From contig WLDG01000004.1 of NCBI GenBank assembly GCA_009704945.1, forward strand, positions 6,974 through 70,973: 64,000 bases of DNA. The letters are read 5' to 3'. This document shows positions 40,856 through 50,021 of the stretch, piece after piece; positions within the stretch are counted from its first letter, which is position 1; each line of letters begins with the position of its first letter. The notes under the pieces were generated by a model. The model searched no databases. It saw only the letters and a list, made by a program, of their open reading frames with translations, and was not told the origin of the DNA. This stretch comes from Actinomycetota bacterium (GTDB taxonomy: Bacteria > Actinomycetota > Actinomycetes > Actinomycetales > Microbacteriaceae). A program made the position numbers and the translations under genes.

Positions 40856-42385
40856 ATGAAAACCATGAAGAAGTTACCTCTATTGGTTGGGATCGTTGTT
40901 ACCTCATTGTGGCTTCCTTCACTGGCTGCCTATGGAAATGTTGGGTTGGACAACCAACCTTTGCACTGGGACGTTAGGGAATCATTCTCTGATTCACAAT
41001 CCGGTGCCAACATCGAGGCCAAAATTGGCGGCAAGGTAACAGAAATCATTTGCGACGAGTTTGGCAAACGAAAACTAGCCACTTATCCAGTGGGCGCAAG
41101 TTGCGATCCCTCCGCGTACTCAGGCCGAGTTTTTGTTGGCTTCCCAAGTCTTCAGGTGCCTGTTTGTGAAGGCGCTGGCAAAAACTGCATCGAAGAGTTT
41201 TTTGCCGTTGACCCATCCGGGAAAAAACTCGAGGGCCAATTCCTCGGTTACACCACTCTCAGCGGTTGGGTTCCTGAGAATAAGCAGCTTGGCAATCATC
41301 TCGGGGCTGCATCAGGCATATGGAAAATCGCCGGTGCCATACACTCCGGGGGCAGTGATTTTTATGAAGTGCATCTCACTATGGAAGGCGGATTTGTTGA
41401 GTTTAGAAATGGTCGTCAATTAGGAAAATTTAAGCAGGAAGACCGAAGCTTTAATTCCGCTATTCGTCCCATCTCCGTTGCTATTGAAGACGGAGTTTAC
41501 AAAAAAGCCGTTTGCGGTGATTGCTCGGCTTTGCCAGCAGAGTTGATTTTTGGTGTAACCGCTGTTCTACCAAAGAGCATCAAGTCATGGTATTCGGGCA
41601 GAATTATTGAACCAGATGTGATCTATGAACCAGCTAGCAGTGGGTTCAATCGAATCACAATCACTGGAAAGCCAATGACCATTCCCACGTTTCAAGGACG
41701 GATTTCCAAGAGCCAAGCTTCTCCAGAGTTACTAAGTCTCTATGACTGGTGCCCTACAGATTGGCATTACTGTCCAGGTTGGCACACGAATGGCTATAGC
41801 TATGGAAACGACCAGAGTTCTAAGTACTTAAGAGCTTGGCGTCCGCTCGCCAATGATTCCGCTACCGGCCAGTCGACGACTTGGACAATAAGGACGGTAA
41901 CGGTGTTTTTTGGAAGAGGTAGCGGTGGTGATTTGGGCTTTTCAAGATGCGCTGAGCCAAATAAACCTGCAGGTATCGTTTCGACTAACGCCTTGATTTA
42001 CGACGGAATGGTTCCTCAATTCCAGAATGGGTTCTTCAACTACCGAGTAGCAGGTATGCACTACAAAGCCGATGGCAAAACAGAGTTCCTGGGCCGCTAT
42101 GAAATGGTGATGGACGAACAGCTGGCTCGCTGCATGTTCAGGTTCCCAAAAGCGCCAATCAGCGCGACCGTGACAGTCACCGGTGAGAATGGCGAGAACG
42201 TGGTTGCCACGTCTTTGGTTAACTCTTCAAATGGCAAGTTACGCCTAGCCGCCTACAACTTCACCTTCAGCGAAAAGACCATCAAGATCAAGCTAGGTGC
42301 ACAATGGCACATCACCTGCACCAAGGGCAAGACAACCCGCTACGTGAAGGGCACCAGATGCCCGGCTGGTTTCAAGCGGGGGTAG
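40856..42385 (+). CDS. Secreted paralog-array protein 6
   Basis: TAGATT 6 nt before the ATG; signal peptide; ends ITCTKGKTTRYVKGTRCPAGFKRG. Confidence 0.88.
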   Translation: MKTMKKLPLLVGIVVTSLWLPSLAAYGNVGLDNQPLHWDVRESFSDSQSGANIEAKIGGKVTEIICDEFGKRKLATYPVGASCDPSAYSGRVFVGFPSLQVPVCEGAGKNCIEEFFAVDPSGKKLEGQFLGYTTLSGWVPENKQLGNHLGAASGIWKIAGAIHSGGSDFYEVHLTMEGGFVEFRNGRQLGKFKQEDRSFNSAIRPISVAIEDGVYKKAVCGDCSALPAELIFGVTAVLPKSIKSWYSGRIIEPDVIYEPASSGFNRITITGKPMTIPTFQGRISKSQASPELLSLYDWCPTDWHYCPGWHTNGYSYGNDQSSKYLRAWRPLANDSATGQSTTWTIRTVTVFFGRGSGGDLGFSRCAEPNKPAGIVSTNALIYDGMVPQFQNGFFNYRVAGMHYKADGKTEFLGRYEMVMDEQLARCMFRFPKAPISATVTVTGENGENVVATSLVNSSNGKLRLAAYNFTFSEKTIKIKLGAQWHITCTKGKTTRYVKGTRCPAGFKRG

Positions 42386-42474
42386 TTTCCTTTGTGGCGG
42401 CAAAGTTGCTAAGACCATTTGATCTCAAATTGGAAGCTAGACTTTTCCGAACATCTTGATTGGGGCTCGAAGAA

Positions 42475-44040
42475 GTGAAAAAGCCAATAGCTATTGCCAT
42501 TGTTGCGGCACTTCTTGCCATTACGCCCCCTGTCCAGGCCCAAGAGTGGCCATGGTCTGGAGAGATGCAGGCGAGAGACAAATACGTTTTTGAGATCTGG
42601 GAAGACCCAAGATCCCAAGCTTCGCATTTAAACAGAATCGTGGACTTCAACTCACGTCTCGCACCAGGGGAGTTTCATGAGAGCAGAACTTGCGTTTCAA
42701 TTACCGAGGGGGAATGTGCAGTTCAATTGGCTGGTAGCCGAGACAGCTTTGAGGGTACTTATGTTGCACCTGTCTGCAAGACAGCCTCTGACGAAAACTG
42801 CATTGAATGGATTTCTATCCACAAAATCGGCGAGGAACCAACTCGCGGAGAACTTATAAGAAGCATCAACGGTGGCACCATGCCAAAGCTTCCTCGTTAC
42901 AACCTTCCTGCCGGAGGCACAACATCGCTTTGGAAGCAGCCAGGAATGTTGAATGGGGCAGGCAAAGACACATATGCTGTGACCCTCCGCATGGAACTGC
43001 AACACAGTGCTACCAGTCGCGGCGCCAACTTCAACATCACCGGCTATAGCTTGCAGGTACTGCCTTACAGCGAGATAACAGGGAATTTCACCCCACACTT
43101 TTGCTCCGAATATCAACAGAATGGTAAAACCAGAGTTGGTTGTGGAGGACTACCCGAAGAGTGTGCCTGGACGGAGACCGGCATCTGCGGTAGCCACAGC
43201 ACATTTCCAGAAGGCTCAACTGTCACAGCATCGTTCAGAATTGAACAATCAGCCAGCGGTTGGTTCGCTGGTCGACTGCAAGACCCGACCATCAGCGTAA
43301 GGGCAGCCAACGCAACTCAGCAGTCCGTTCAAATAACAGGCCAGCCATCCAAAGTTCCGGTCTCAAGAGGCGGCGTTTCTATTCAAAATGCTAATCAGGA
43401 GATTCGCGATCTTTACAAGCTCATTGGTTGTGATGCTGTTTGCTGGGCTGGAATTTTTGCCTACAACGATGGGGGCATAAAGTTTGTCAATGCTTTTCGT
43501 GAAACATTTGGCGATAAAGCGACTTTCGTTCGAGACATGTGGTCTATTCGAAGCATTCGAGATTTGAGTCTCGAAAGATGCGCGCCACCTAGAAACAGGC
43601 TGTTGGGTATTGTTGCAACCAATGCCACCGCCTATCAGTCCCAGCCACCCCAATACACCAATGGATTTTTGAACTTTAGGGTGGCAGGCATGCATTACCT
43701 GCCAGACGGTAAAACTGAATCAGTTGGTAGGTATGACCTGGTGATGCGTTCTGAAATTGCCAGATGCATTTATGGATTTAGAAATGCACCTGTCGCTGCC
43801 ACCATTACCGTCCTGGACAAAGACGGAAACACGGAAGTTGCAACCACCACATTTGGCGAGAGAAATGGCTGGATCAAGCTCTCAGCCAACGGCTTCACTT
43901 ACAGCGAGAAAACTGTCCGGGTTCAGCTGACTCAACCTAGGCGAACCACTATCGCCTGCGTCTCGAACACCAAACCAATCAAATCCCGCAAGGTGACAGG
44001 CATCAGCCCTAAGTGCCCATCTGGTTTCAAAAAACGCTAG
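42475..44040 (+). CDS. Secreted paralog-array protein 7
   Basis: GTG start gives MKKPIAIA...VQA signal peptide; same C-terminal region. Confidence 0.86.
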   Translation: MKKPIAIAIVAALLAITPPVQAQEWPWSGEMQARDKYVFEIWEDPRSQASHLNRIVDFNSRLAPGEFHESRTCVSITEGECAVQLAGSRDSFEGTYVAPVCKTASDENCIEWISIHKIGEEPTRGELIRSINGGTMPKLPRYNLPAGGTTSLWKQPGMLNGAGKDTYAVTLRMELQHSATSRGANFNITGYSLQVLPYSEITGNFTPHFCSEYQQNGKTRVGCGGLPEECAWTETGICGSHSTFPEGSTVTASFRIEQSASGWFAGRLQDPTISVRAANATQQSVQITGQPSKVPVSRGGVSIQNANQEIRDLYKLIGCDAVCWAGIFAYNDGGIKFVNAFRETFGDKATFVRDMWSIRSIRDLSLERCAPPRNRLLGIVATNATAYQSQPPQYTNGFLNFRVAGMHYLPDGKTESVGRYDLVMRSEIARCIYGFRNAPVAATITVLDKDGNTEVATTTFGERNGWIKLSANGFTYSEKTVRVQLTQPRRTTIACVSNTKPIKSRKVTGISPKCPSGFKKR

Positions 44041-44061
44041 TCAAGGCAATAGCCTTATCTG

Positions 44062-44964
44062 GTGCCCAAAGATCTCAAGATTCACCCAAGCGTTGAAAAA
44101 GCCCTGAAGAAGGGAAAGCCAGTTGTTGCTCTGGAATCAACCATTATTTCTCATGGTCTTCCTAGACCCAGAAACTTCCAAGCAGCCAAAGACTTCGAAC
44201 AGATCCTAATAGATAAAGGTGTTACTCCCGCCACCATTGCAGTCATCAACGGAGTCCCAACAGTGGGTCTCAATGAAGAAGAGCTTTCCCTGATTGCCAA
44301 CCAAGACATCCCCAAAGCATCAGTCAGAGACCTAGCAATTCTTTCTGCCAAAAAGATCTCAGGAGCCACAACAGTTGCCGCTACAGCTGACATCGCTGCC
44401 CGCGCAGGCGTCCAAGTCTTTGCAACCGGTGGCCTGGGTGGTGTTCACCGAGGAGCCATAGAAACCTTTGATGAATCAGCCGACATCACAACCCTTGCCT
44501 CAACACCAATTGCTGTTGTGGCAGCAGGCGTGAAGAGCGTGCTGGATATCGGAGCAACCCTGGAAAGACTCGAAACACTTTCTATTTCAGTAGTTGGCTA
44601 CAAAACCAAAATCTTTCCAAGCTTCTGGCTTCCAGAATCTGATTTCACAATCGACTGGCAAGCAGACTCAGCGGAAGAAATCGCCGAAGTCATCAAGTCT
44701 CAAAGAAAACAAAAATCAAATTCAGCTCTAGTTGTTGCCAACCCCATCCCCAAGGACAAAGCCTGGGACAAGCAGGAACACGACAGAGTGCTAGCTCAAG
44801 CCTTCAAGGCAGCCGATGAGGCAGGGGTGAGAGGCAAGGCAGTAACGCCATTTCTCCTGCAATACATCGTTGAAGCATCAGGTGGCAGATCACTAGAAGT
44901 AAACCTAGATCTTGCTAGAAACAATGTTTCCCTAGCCGCTGACATCGCCAAGGCCCTAGCTTGA
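44062..44964 (+). CDS. psuG: Pseudouridine-5'-phosphate glycosidase
   Basis: Motifs VALESTIISHG, ATTVA, FATGGLGGVHRG, DESAD and GKAVTPFLL. Confidence 0.94.
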   Translation: MPKDLKIHPSVEKALKKGKPVVALESTIISHGLPRPRNFQAAKDFEQILIDKGVTPATIAVINGVPTVGLNEEELSLIANQDIPKASVRDLAILSAKKISGATTVAATADIAARAGVQVFATGGLGGVHRGAIETFDESADITTLASTPIAVVAAGVKSVLDIGATLERLETLSISVVGYKTKIFPSFWLPESDFTIDWQADSAEEIAEVIKSQRKQKSNSALVVANPIPKDKAWDKQEHDRVLAQAFKAADEAGVRGKAVTPFLLQYIVEASGGRSLEVNLDLARNNVSLAADIAKALA

Positions 44965-45788
44965 AAAAGGTAGTCGTCATTGGCGATGTCATCGAAGACA
45001 TCATTGTTATTTCAAACTCTGAGCGCAAAACCAACACCGATAACCCATCAAGTATTGAATCAACCCCAGGGGGCTCAGGAGCCAACTTTGCAGTCTGGCT
45101 GGCATCGCTGAGTGTGGAGACAGAACTGATTGCCAGAGTCTCCAGCAAAGACAGAGAAAGCCTTGAAAACTATTTCAAGTCAGTCAAAGTAACGCCAAAT
45201 CTTCAAACAGACCAAAACCTAGAAACCGGCAAGATAGTGGTTTTGGTAGAAGGCAACCAAAGAACCTTCTTCACAGACCGAGCAGCCAACCAAAATCTAG
45301 AACAACCAACCCTTCCAGTTACTGATCTTTTATATATTTCCGGCTACTCCGTTCTCTCCCTGGGTAGAGAACAAACCCATGCTCTTATCAGTGAGGCAAA
45401 GCAGGCAGGTGCCTTGATAGCCGTTGATCCCGGCAGTACCTCTTTCATTGAGGGCTTTGGGGTAACTAACTTCCTAGAAGCCATCCAGGGAGCAGACATT
45501 GTTTTTCCTAACAAAGAGGAATACGAACTTCTAAGCAAAGACCACCAGCTCACCTCCCTGTTCCCTGAAATCGTTGTGACAAAGGGAGAACAGGGAGCAG
45601 AGCTGGTTGGGATAGCCCATGTAGACGCCAAGAGCGTTGAAGCCATTGACCCAACCGGGGCCGGGGATGCCTTTGCTGCCAAATACATAGCCGAAAGGCT
45701 CTCTGGATCGTCGCCCTTAGAGGCCCTGGAGTATGCCAATGATTTTGCGGCGCTCGCTGTTACCAGGCCTGGCGGACAGCCCAGTTAA
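44961..45788 (+). CDS. PfkB-family carbohydrate kinase (probable pseudouridine kinase)
   Basis: Motifs GGSGAN and DPTGAGDAF; overlaps the psuG stop codon. Confidence 0.85.
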   Translation: MKKVVVIGDVIEDIIVISNSERKTNTDNPSSIESTPGGSGANFAVWLASLSVETELIARVSSKDRESLENYFKSVKVTPNLQTDQNLETGKIVVLVEGNQRTFFTDRAANQNLEQPTLPVTDLLYISGYSVLSLGREQTHALISEAKQAGALIAVDPGSTSFIEGFGVTNFLEAIQGADIVFPNKEEYELLSKDHQLTSLFPEIVVTKGEQGAELVGIAHVDAKSVEAIDPTGAGDAFAAKYIAERLSGSSPLEALEYANDFAALAVTRPGGQPS

Positions 45789-45789
45789 A

Positions 45790-45840
45790 AGGAAAAAGAC
45801 CCCGAGGCCTCGAATTCGTTAGGTCTCGACGTCTTTTCCT
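45790..45840 (+). terminator. Imperfect hairpin after the pfkB kinase
   Basis: AGGAAAAAGAC...GAGGCCT / AGGTCTC...GTCTTTTCCT. Confidence 0.5.
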
Positions 45841-45983
45841 GGTCTGAGGCAAAAGGCTTGGTTTCTAATGCCTGACGATAAGAGGTAACTGGGGGATGAC
45901 CCCTTTTGTTACGGAAATCCCTGATTTTTAGGCAAAAAGCCCATATTTCAAGCAATTTTCCTTAATACACGGACAAACCGTAA

Positions 45984-45993
45984 TGTCCGGACA
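45984..45993. promoter_or_regulatory. Perfect palindrome TGTCCGGACA (candidate operator)
   Basis: Flanked by extra half-sites CGGACA (45970) and TGTCCG (45997); variants recur upstream of the other surface genes. Confidence 0.55.
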
Positions 45994-46001
45994 ATATGTC
46001 C

Positions 46002-46114
46002 GTTACCCTTTACCTGTAAGGGCTGGGCTATCTCCTGCTTGGTTGGTGGTAACTCGCTCTTGCGTCCTGCAGGTCCTATGCCTGTGGGGAAACCAAGAAA
46101 GAAAGACAAATTAC
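46002..46114 (+). promoter_or_regulatory. Conserved structured upstream/leader element, copy 1
   Basis: Shared with 49912-50021 and 53695-53803. CTTGGTT pairs with AACCAAG and encloses a GC hairpin. Confidence 0.7.
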
Positions 46115-49006
46115 ATGTCCAAAAACATGACTCGTAAGGGTCTTGCTGTTGGTACAACTTTTGCCCTAACTCTTGCAGGTTTGGTAGGCGTTGCCGCACC
46201 AGCTCATGCAACCACAGGCATCACAGTTGAGCCCTCAGCAGGTACTTCTTACAACATGATCTCGGGCGAGCAGTTCAACCTTCGCGTATTTGGCCAGTCC
46301 AACTACGCAGGTACCTTCTCAAACCTGAAGTGGGCCGTCACTAACGCCGGCGCCGCAACAGTTACCGTGAAGCAGCCAGATGGTTCTCCTGCCGCATCTG
46401 AGACTCCGGCAACTAACGTTGCAGACGGAAGTTTCAGCCCAGCTGGTAGCTCCAGCGCATCGTCTGCAACCAGCTTTGTGGTTACTCCAGCAAACATTGG
46501 TACCGCAGCGGGTTCAAACCTGCTGGGTGTATCTGTGCCTGCAGCTACTGCAGCCACCATTGAGGTTCGTGCGTTCATCGACCTCAACGGAAATGGTTCT
46601 TTCGACTCAGCTTCTGACCTAAGCGCAAATGTCGCGACAGTCACTTTCACAAAGCCAGCTGATCTAACGGCCACCACGACCATCACTTCTCCAACTGAGG
46701 GTGACACATCAATCGTGGCAAGCGTTTCTTTCAACAACATCAACAACGAGCAGGTACCAGCGGCAAACGTTGGAGCCTTCTTTACTAAGGGTGATGGAAG
46801 CACGCTGTACCCAACCGCAAGCGTAACCGCAACCGTGTTGGCCTCGAACGTTGCAACCTACACGGCCAGCAACAACTTCTTGGCTGGTCAGACTGTAGTC
46901 GTTGCAGGTCACTCGACCGCAACTTACAACGGCACCCTAACCATTGCAAGCGCTTCGGCGACTCAGTTCACCGTTGCAATCACTAACGCAAACATTGCTG
47001 CAGCTTCTGGTCTAACCGGAATCACTGCTACCAGTGCTGCGGCTAACTCGGTAAAGAGCAACTCAACTTGGTCAGCAACTGACAAGTTCAAGTTCACCAG
47101 CTCAACCGTTAGCGCTTTGGTGAAGGCAACCGGTGTTAAGGTTCAGCCTCTGTACAAGGTTTCTGGTTCACCAGCAAGCACTGACACAGTGGCAACCGCA
47201 GCAACCGCAGTTGTTGTAGCTCGCAAGGCTGCAACCATCGTTGGTGATGTTGTGGCAAACACCACAGGACGCGTAACCAACGCAGGTACTGCTGGTCAGA
47301 CCTTGCTTAACTCTTCCTTCCAGGCGAAGGTTGTAGTGAAGGATGGCGCAACCACTCCAGCTGGTGTGGGCGGCGCAGCGGTTACCGCGACAATCACTTC
47401 AACAGGCCTGCAGTCAACTGCACCTGCAAAGACCCTAACCGTCAACGGAACCACCTACAGCAGCTCTTCAGCTCTGCCAGGACAGGGATCAGTTGCCAAG
47501 TTGGCTCTAACCACCAATGCGTCAGGCGAGGCAGTGATTAACTTCACTTCCGCTGGCTACTCGGCTAACGACACCATCACTGTTGTCTTCTACACCGAGA
47601 ACCTAACCGCTTCGACTTTGACAATCACCCAGGTTGCTGCGTCCTACACCGCAACTGTTCGTCCATCATTCTTCGTAACCACTGACGGTACTGCTGTATC
47701 CGTACCAGTTGTGGTTTACGACCAGTTTGGTGGCGTACCAGCGGACAAGTACGACGTTCGCGCAACCTTTGACGCAAACAACAACGGATACTCCGCACAG
47801 GCAACCACTGCAGCAACCTCTGGTTCAAACGCAGTGACTGCTCTAGTTGGTGGCCGTGGAACCCTGTCGATTACCGACAACGGAACCGGTCTGGGTGTCA
47901 ACTCCTACGACGTAACTGTCCAGGAGCGTCTGGCTGGTAACAACTACGGATCAACTATCACTACAGCCGTTGAGGTCAACGTACACATTGTTGCCGCCGC
48001 AACCTTGGTTGCAGCGACAGTAACCTCAAACGGAACTCAGGACAGCACCACCAAGGTCTATGCAATCGCAGGCCCAGTGGCACTATCCCTAGTTACCCCA
48101 ACTGCCTACGACAGCGTGACTGTCCTAGGAGCCGCTCCAACCAGCTTCACCGGTGCACTAACCGCTCAGAACATCACTGGAACAGTTTCAACCGTTGCTA
48201 ACGCAACGACTGCAGCTGTTGTAGTACCTGGTGCGCTAGTAACCGTAAGCTCGCCTGGCATGCTGTTCCAGGATGGTTCAACCGGTCGCTACACCGTTGG
48301 ATCAATCACCGTCAGCGCTAACACCTCTGGTGTTTACAGCGTTAACGTTTACTCCAACAAGTCTGGAAAGCAGACCTTTGCAATTTCCTCTGGAGCCGCT
48401 TCAGCCACAACTACCGTTGTGTTTGCTGCAGCAGCTGCTACCACTGGAACTTCTTTGGTAATTGACGCACCAGACTACGTTCGTCCAGGCAGCACCTTGA
48501 CCATCAAGGGTCTTCTAAAGGACAAGTACGGAAACAACATTGACACCACCGCGGCTGACCGCATCAAGGTCAGCTACACCGGTCCTGGGCTACAGGTTGG
48601 ATCCACTCCAACTGCCTACACCGAAGGCGTTGCTCAGTTGGGCTACTTCCTAGGTTCAAATGACACGGGAACCATCTCCGTAACCTTCAGCTACAACTCT
48701 GACGGTACAGACGATGTCTTCACCAGCGACACTGACCTAACTGTCACCAAGACCATCACCATTGGCACTGCACCAGCAGCTGCCAAGGTTAACGTTGGTT
48801 CCTTCAACGGCAAGCTAGTTGTATACGCAAACGGATACAACGGCAAGAAGATCTCATGGAAGGTAGGCGGAAAGTGGGGCTCAGCAGTTGCTGCTAGCGA
48901 CACTGCACGCTTCGCCCGCGTAACACCTCGCAAGGGTGTAACCGTATCCGTACAGATCTACGTTGACGGTGTTCTAACACTAACTAAGTCTGTAGTTACC
49001 AAGTAA
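46115..49006 (+). CDS. S-layer-like large secreted Ala/Thr/Ser/Gly/Val-rich protein 1 (963 aa)
   Basis: Signal peptide MSKNMTRKGLA...AHA, beta-rich composition, C-terminal KVNVGSFNGKLVVYA...ISWKVGG.W...LTKSVVTK. Confidence 0.85.
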   Translation: MSKNMTRKGLAVGTTFALTLAGLVGVAAPAHATTGITVEPSAGTSYNMISGEQFNLRVFGQSNYAGTFSNLKWAVTNAGAATVTVKQPDGSPAASETPATNVADGSFSPAGSSSASSATSFVVTPANIGTAAGSNLLGVSVPAATAATIEVRAFIDLNGNGSFDSASDLSANVATVTFTKPADLTATTTITSPTEGDTSIVASVSFNNINNEQVPAANVGAFFTKGDGSTLYPTASVTATVLASNVATYTASNNFLAGQTVVVAGHSTATYNGTLTIASASATQFTVAITNANIAAASGLTGITATSAAANSVKSNSTWSATDKFKFTSSTVSALVKATGVKVQPLYKVSGSPASTDTVATAATAVVVARKAATIVGDVVANTTGRVTNAGTAGQTLLNSSFQAKVVVKDGATTPAGVGGAAVTATITSTGLQSTAPAKTLTVNGTTYSSSSALPGQGSVAKLALTTNASGEAVINFTSAGYSANDTITVVFYTENLTASTLTITQVAASYTATVRPSFFVTTDGTAVSVPVVVYDQFGGVPADKYDVRATFDANNNGYSAQATTAATSGSNAVTALVGGRGTLSITDNGTGLGVNSYDVTVQERLAGNNYGSTITTAVEVNVHIVAAATLVAATVTSNGTQDSTTKVYAIAGPVALSLVTPTAYDSVTVLGAAPTSFTGALTAQNITGTVSTVANATTAAVVVPGALVTVSSPGMLFQDGSTGRYTVGSITVSANTSGVYSVNVYSNKSGKQTFAISSGAASATTTVVFAAAAATTGTSLVIDAPDYVRPGSTLTIKGLLKDKYGNNIDTTAADRIKVSYTGPGLQVGSTPTAYTEGVAQLGYFLGSNDTGTISVTFSYNSDGTDDVFTSDTDLTVTKTITIGTAPAAAKVNVGSFNGKLVVYANGYNGKKISWKVGGKWGSAVAASDTARFARVTPRKGVTVSVQIYVDGVLTLTKSVVTK

Positions 49007-49020
49007 CTACTCGCTAAACC

Positions 49021-49053
49021 ACTAACCCCCCGGGTCCCCCTCGGGGGGTTAGT
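49021..49053. terminator. Terminator between convergent genes
   Basis: ACTAACCCCCCG...CGGGGGGTTAGT. Confidence 0.8.
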
Positions 49054-49056
49054 CAT

Positions 49057-49746
49057 TTAACTAACTTGTGCTCTGAGGATTCCTAGGTGGAGAGCTCGCT
49101 TCACTGCTTCATTTCTAGAGCCCACACCAAGAGCTCTGTAGATTTTCACGGTCTCTTGTCTTATGGAGCTTTCAGAGAGAATCATGTCTTGAGCAATCTC
49201 CGCATTGGTTTTACCAAAGCTCATTGCTTCCAGAATCTTTAGTTGGCGATCGGTAAGGGCATCAGGTGATGCATCGCCGTTTTTGCCATTAGAGCTAAAG
49301 CCATTGACTAATCCGGTGGAGCTGAGCCAAAGACCTAATACCTGGCCCATGGCCAGGTTGGCTTCTTTGGGAAACTCCGCCATCTTCTCTCTCTGGCAGA
49401 ACATCGCACTACCTAGGGGAGTGTCGCCCTTGAGCATTGGAATGGCATATAGATGCAGCTTGCTGCCCTGGTGTTGTGCTTCTTGGTGAGAAAGCCCATT
49501 GTTGTTGATTGCTTTAGCTAACAGGTTGTCTTCCCAGGTGGAGAAGACTTGATCGGCAGGTAGTGGGTTTACCCCATAACCGCCTAACTGAACTATCTGG
49601 CCTTTGTTGTCTAGCAGGTAGAGATAGCTACCTATTCCTTGACCAGTGTTTACCCCTGAGTGCACCAGCTTCTTACACAGCTCTGAAACTGTGGTACTTG
49701 ACGAGACCAGTTCAGTCCATTTCTGTAGCCAACCTAGATTTGGCAT
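49057..49746 (-). CDS. LuxR-family HTH regulator with GAF-like N-terminal domain (1)
   Basis: HTH LTDRQLKILEAMSFGKTNAEIA...SESSIRQETVKIYRALGV; no receiver domain. Start set at MPNLG. Confidence 0.85.
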   Translation of the reverse strand: MPNLGWLQKWTELVSSSTTVSELCKKLVHSGVNTGQGIGSYLYLLDNKGQIVQLGGYGVNPLPADQVFSTWEDNLLAKAINNNGLSHQEAQHQGSKLHLYAIPMLKGDTPLGSAMFCQREKMAEFPKEANLAMGQVLGLWLSSTGLVNGFSSNGKNGDASPDALTDRQLKILEAMSFGKTNAEIAQDMILSESSIRQETVKIYRALGVGSRNEAVKRALHLGILRAQVS

Positions 49747-49804
49747 AAATCCCCGTTCGTACAATCCCCAATGTCCGTTCATTAGAACAGTAAGTGAATT
49801 ATCA

Positions 49805-49812
49805 GGGGGGGG
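49805..49812. repeat. G8 homopolymer in the divergent luxR/surface-gene intergenic region
   Basis: ATCA-G8-CAGTCC. Confidence 0.8.
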
Positions 49813-49911
49813 CAGTCCTTTCTTAGAGGGACGCCTCTCATTGTCCGTACAACAGTTAGCTATGTCCTGTCTGTCCTAGTACGAAACTGATAACTATTTT
49901 CACCCCCGCTG

Positions 49912-50021
49912 GTTACCTATCTCTGTAAGAGTGCGCTATCTCCTGCTTGGTTGGTGGTATCTCGCTCTTTCAGCCTGCCCTCTTAAGGGGGCGGGTAAAC
50001 CAAGAAAGAAAGACAAATTAC
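49912..50021 (+). promoter_or_regulatory. Conserved structured upstream/leader element, copy 2
   Basis: CTTGGTT 49946-52 pairs with AACCAAG 49998-50004; inner hairpin GCCTGCCCTC-TTAA-GGGGGCGGGT. Confidence 0.7.

Noticed and set aside
45983-46114. N-terminal extensions of the three surface ORFs in the ORF track (starts 45983, 49947 and 53669)
   Set aside because: All three align at ATG-TCC-AAA (MSKNM) after an AG-rich SD-like tract and then give a signal peptide. The upstream conservation fits RNA pairing, with indels between copies, rather than protein.
46115-46150. Tat export of the surface proteins (TRKGL)
   Set aside because: There is only one Arg and no consensus Phe, so a Sec signal peptide is at least as likely.
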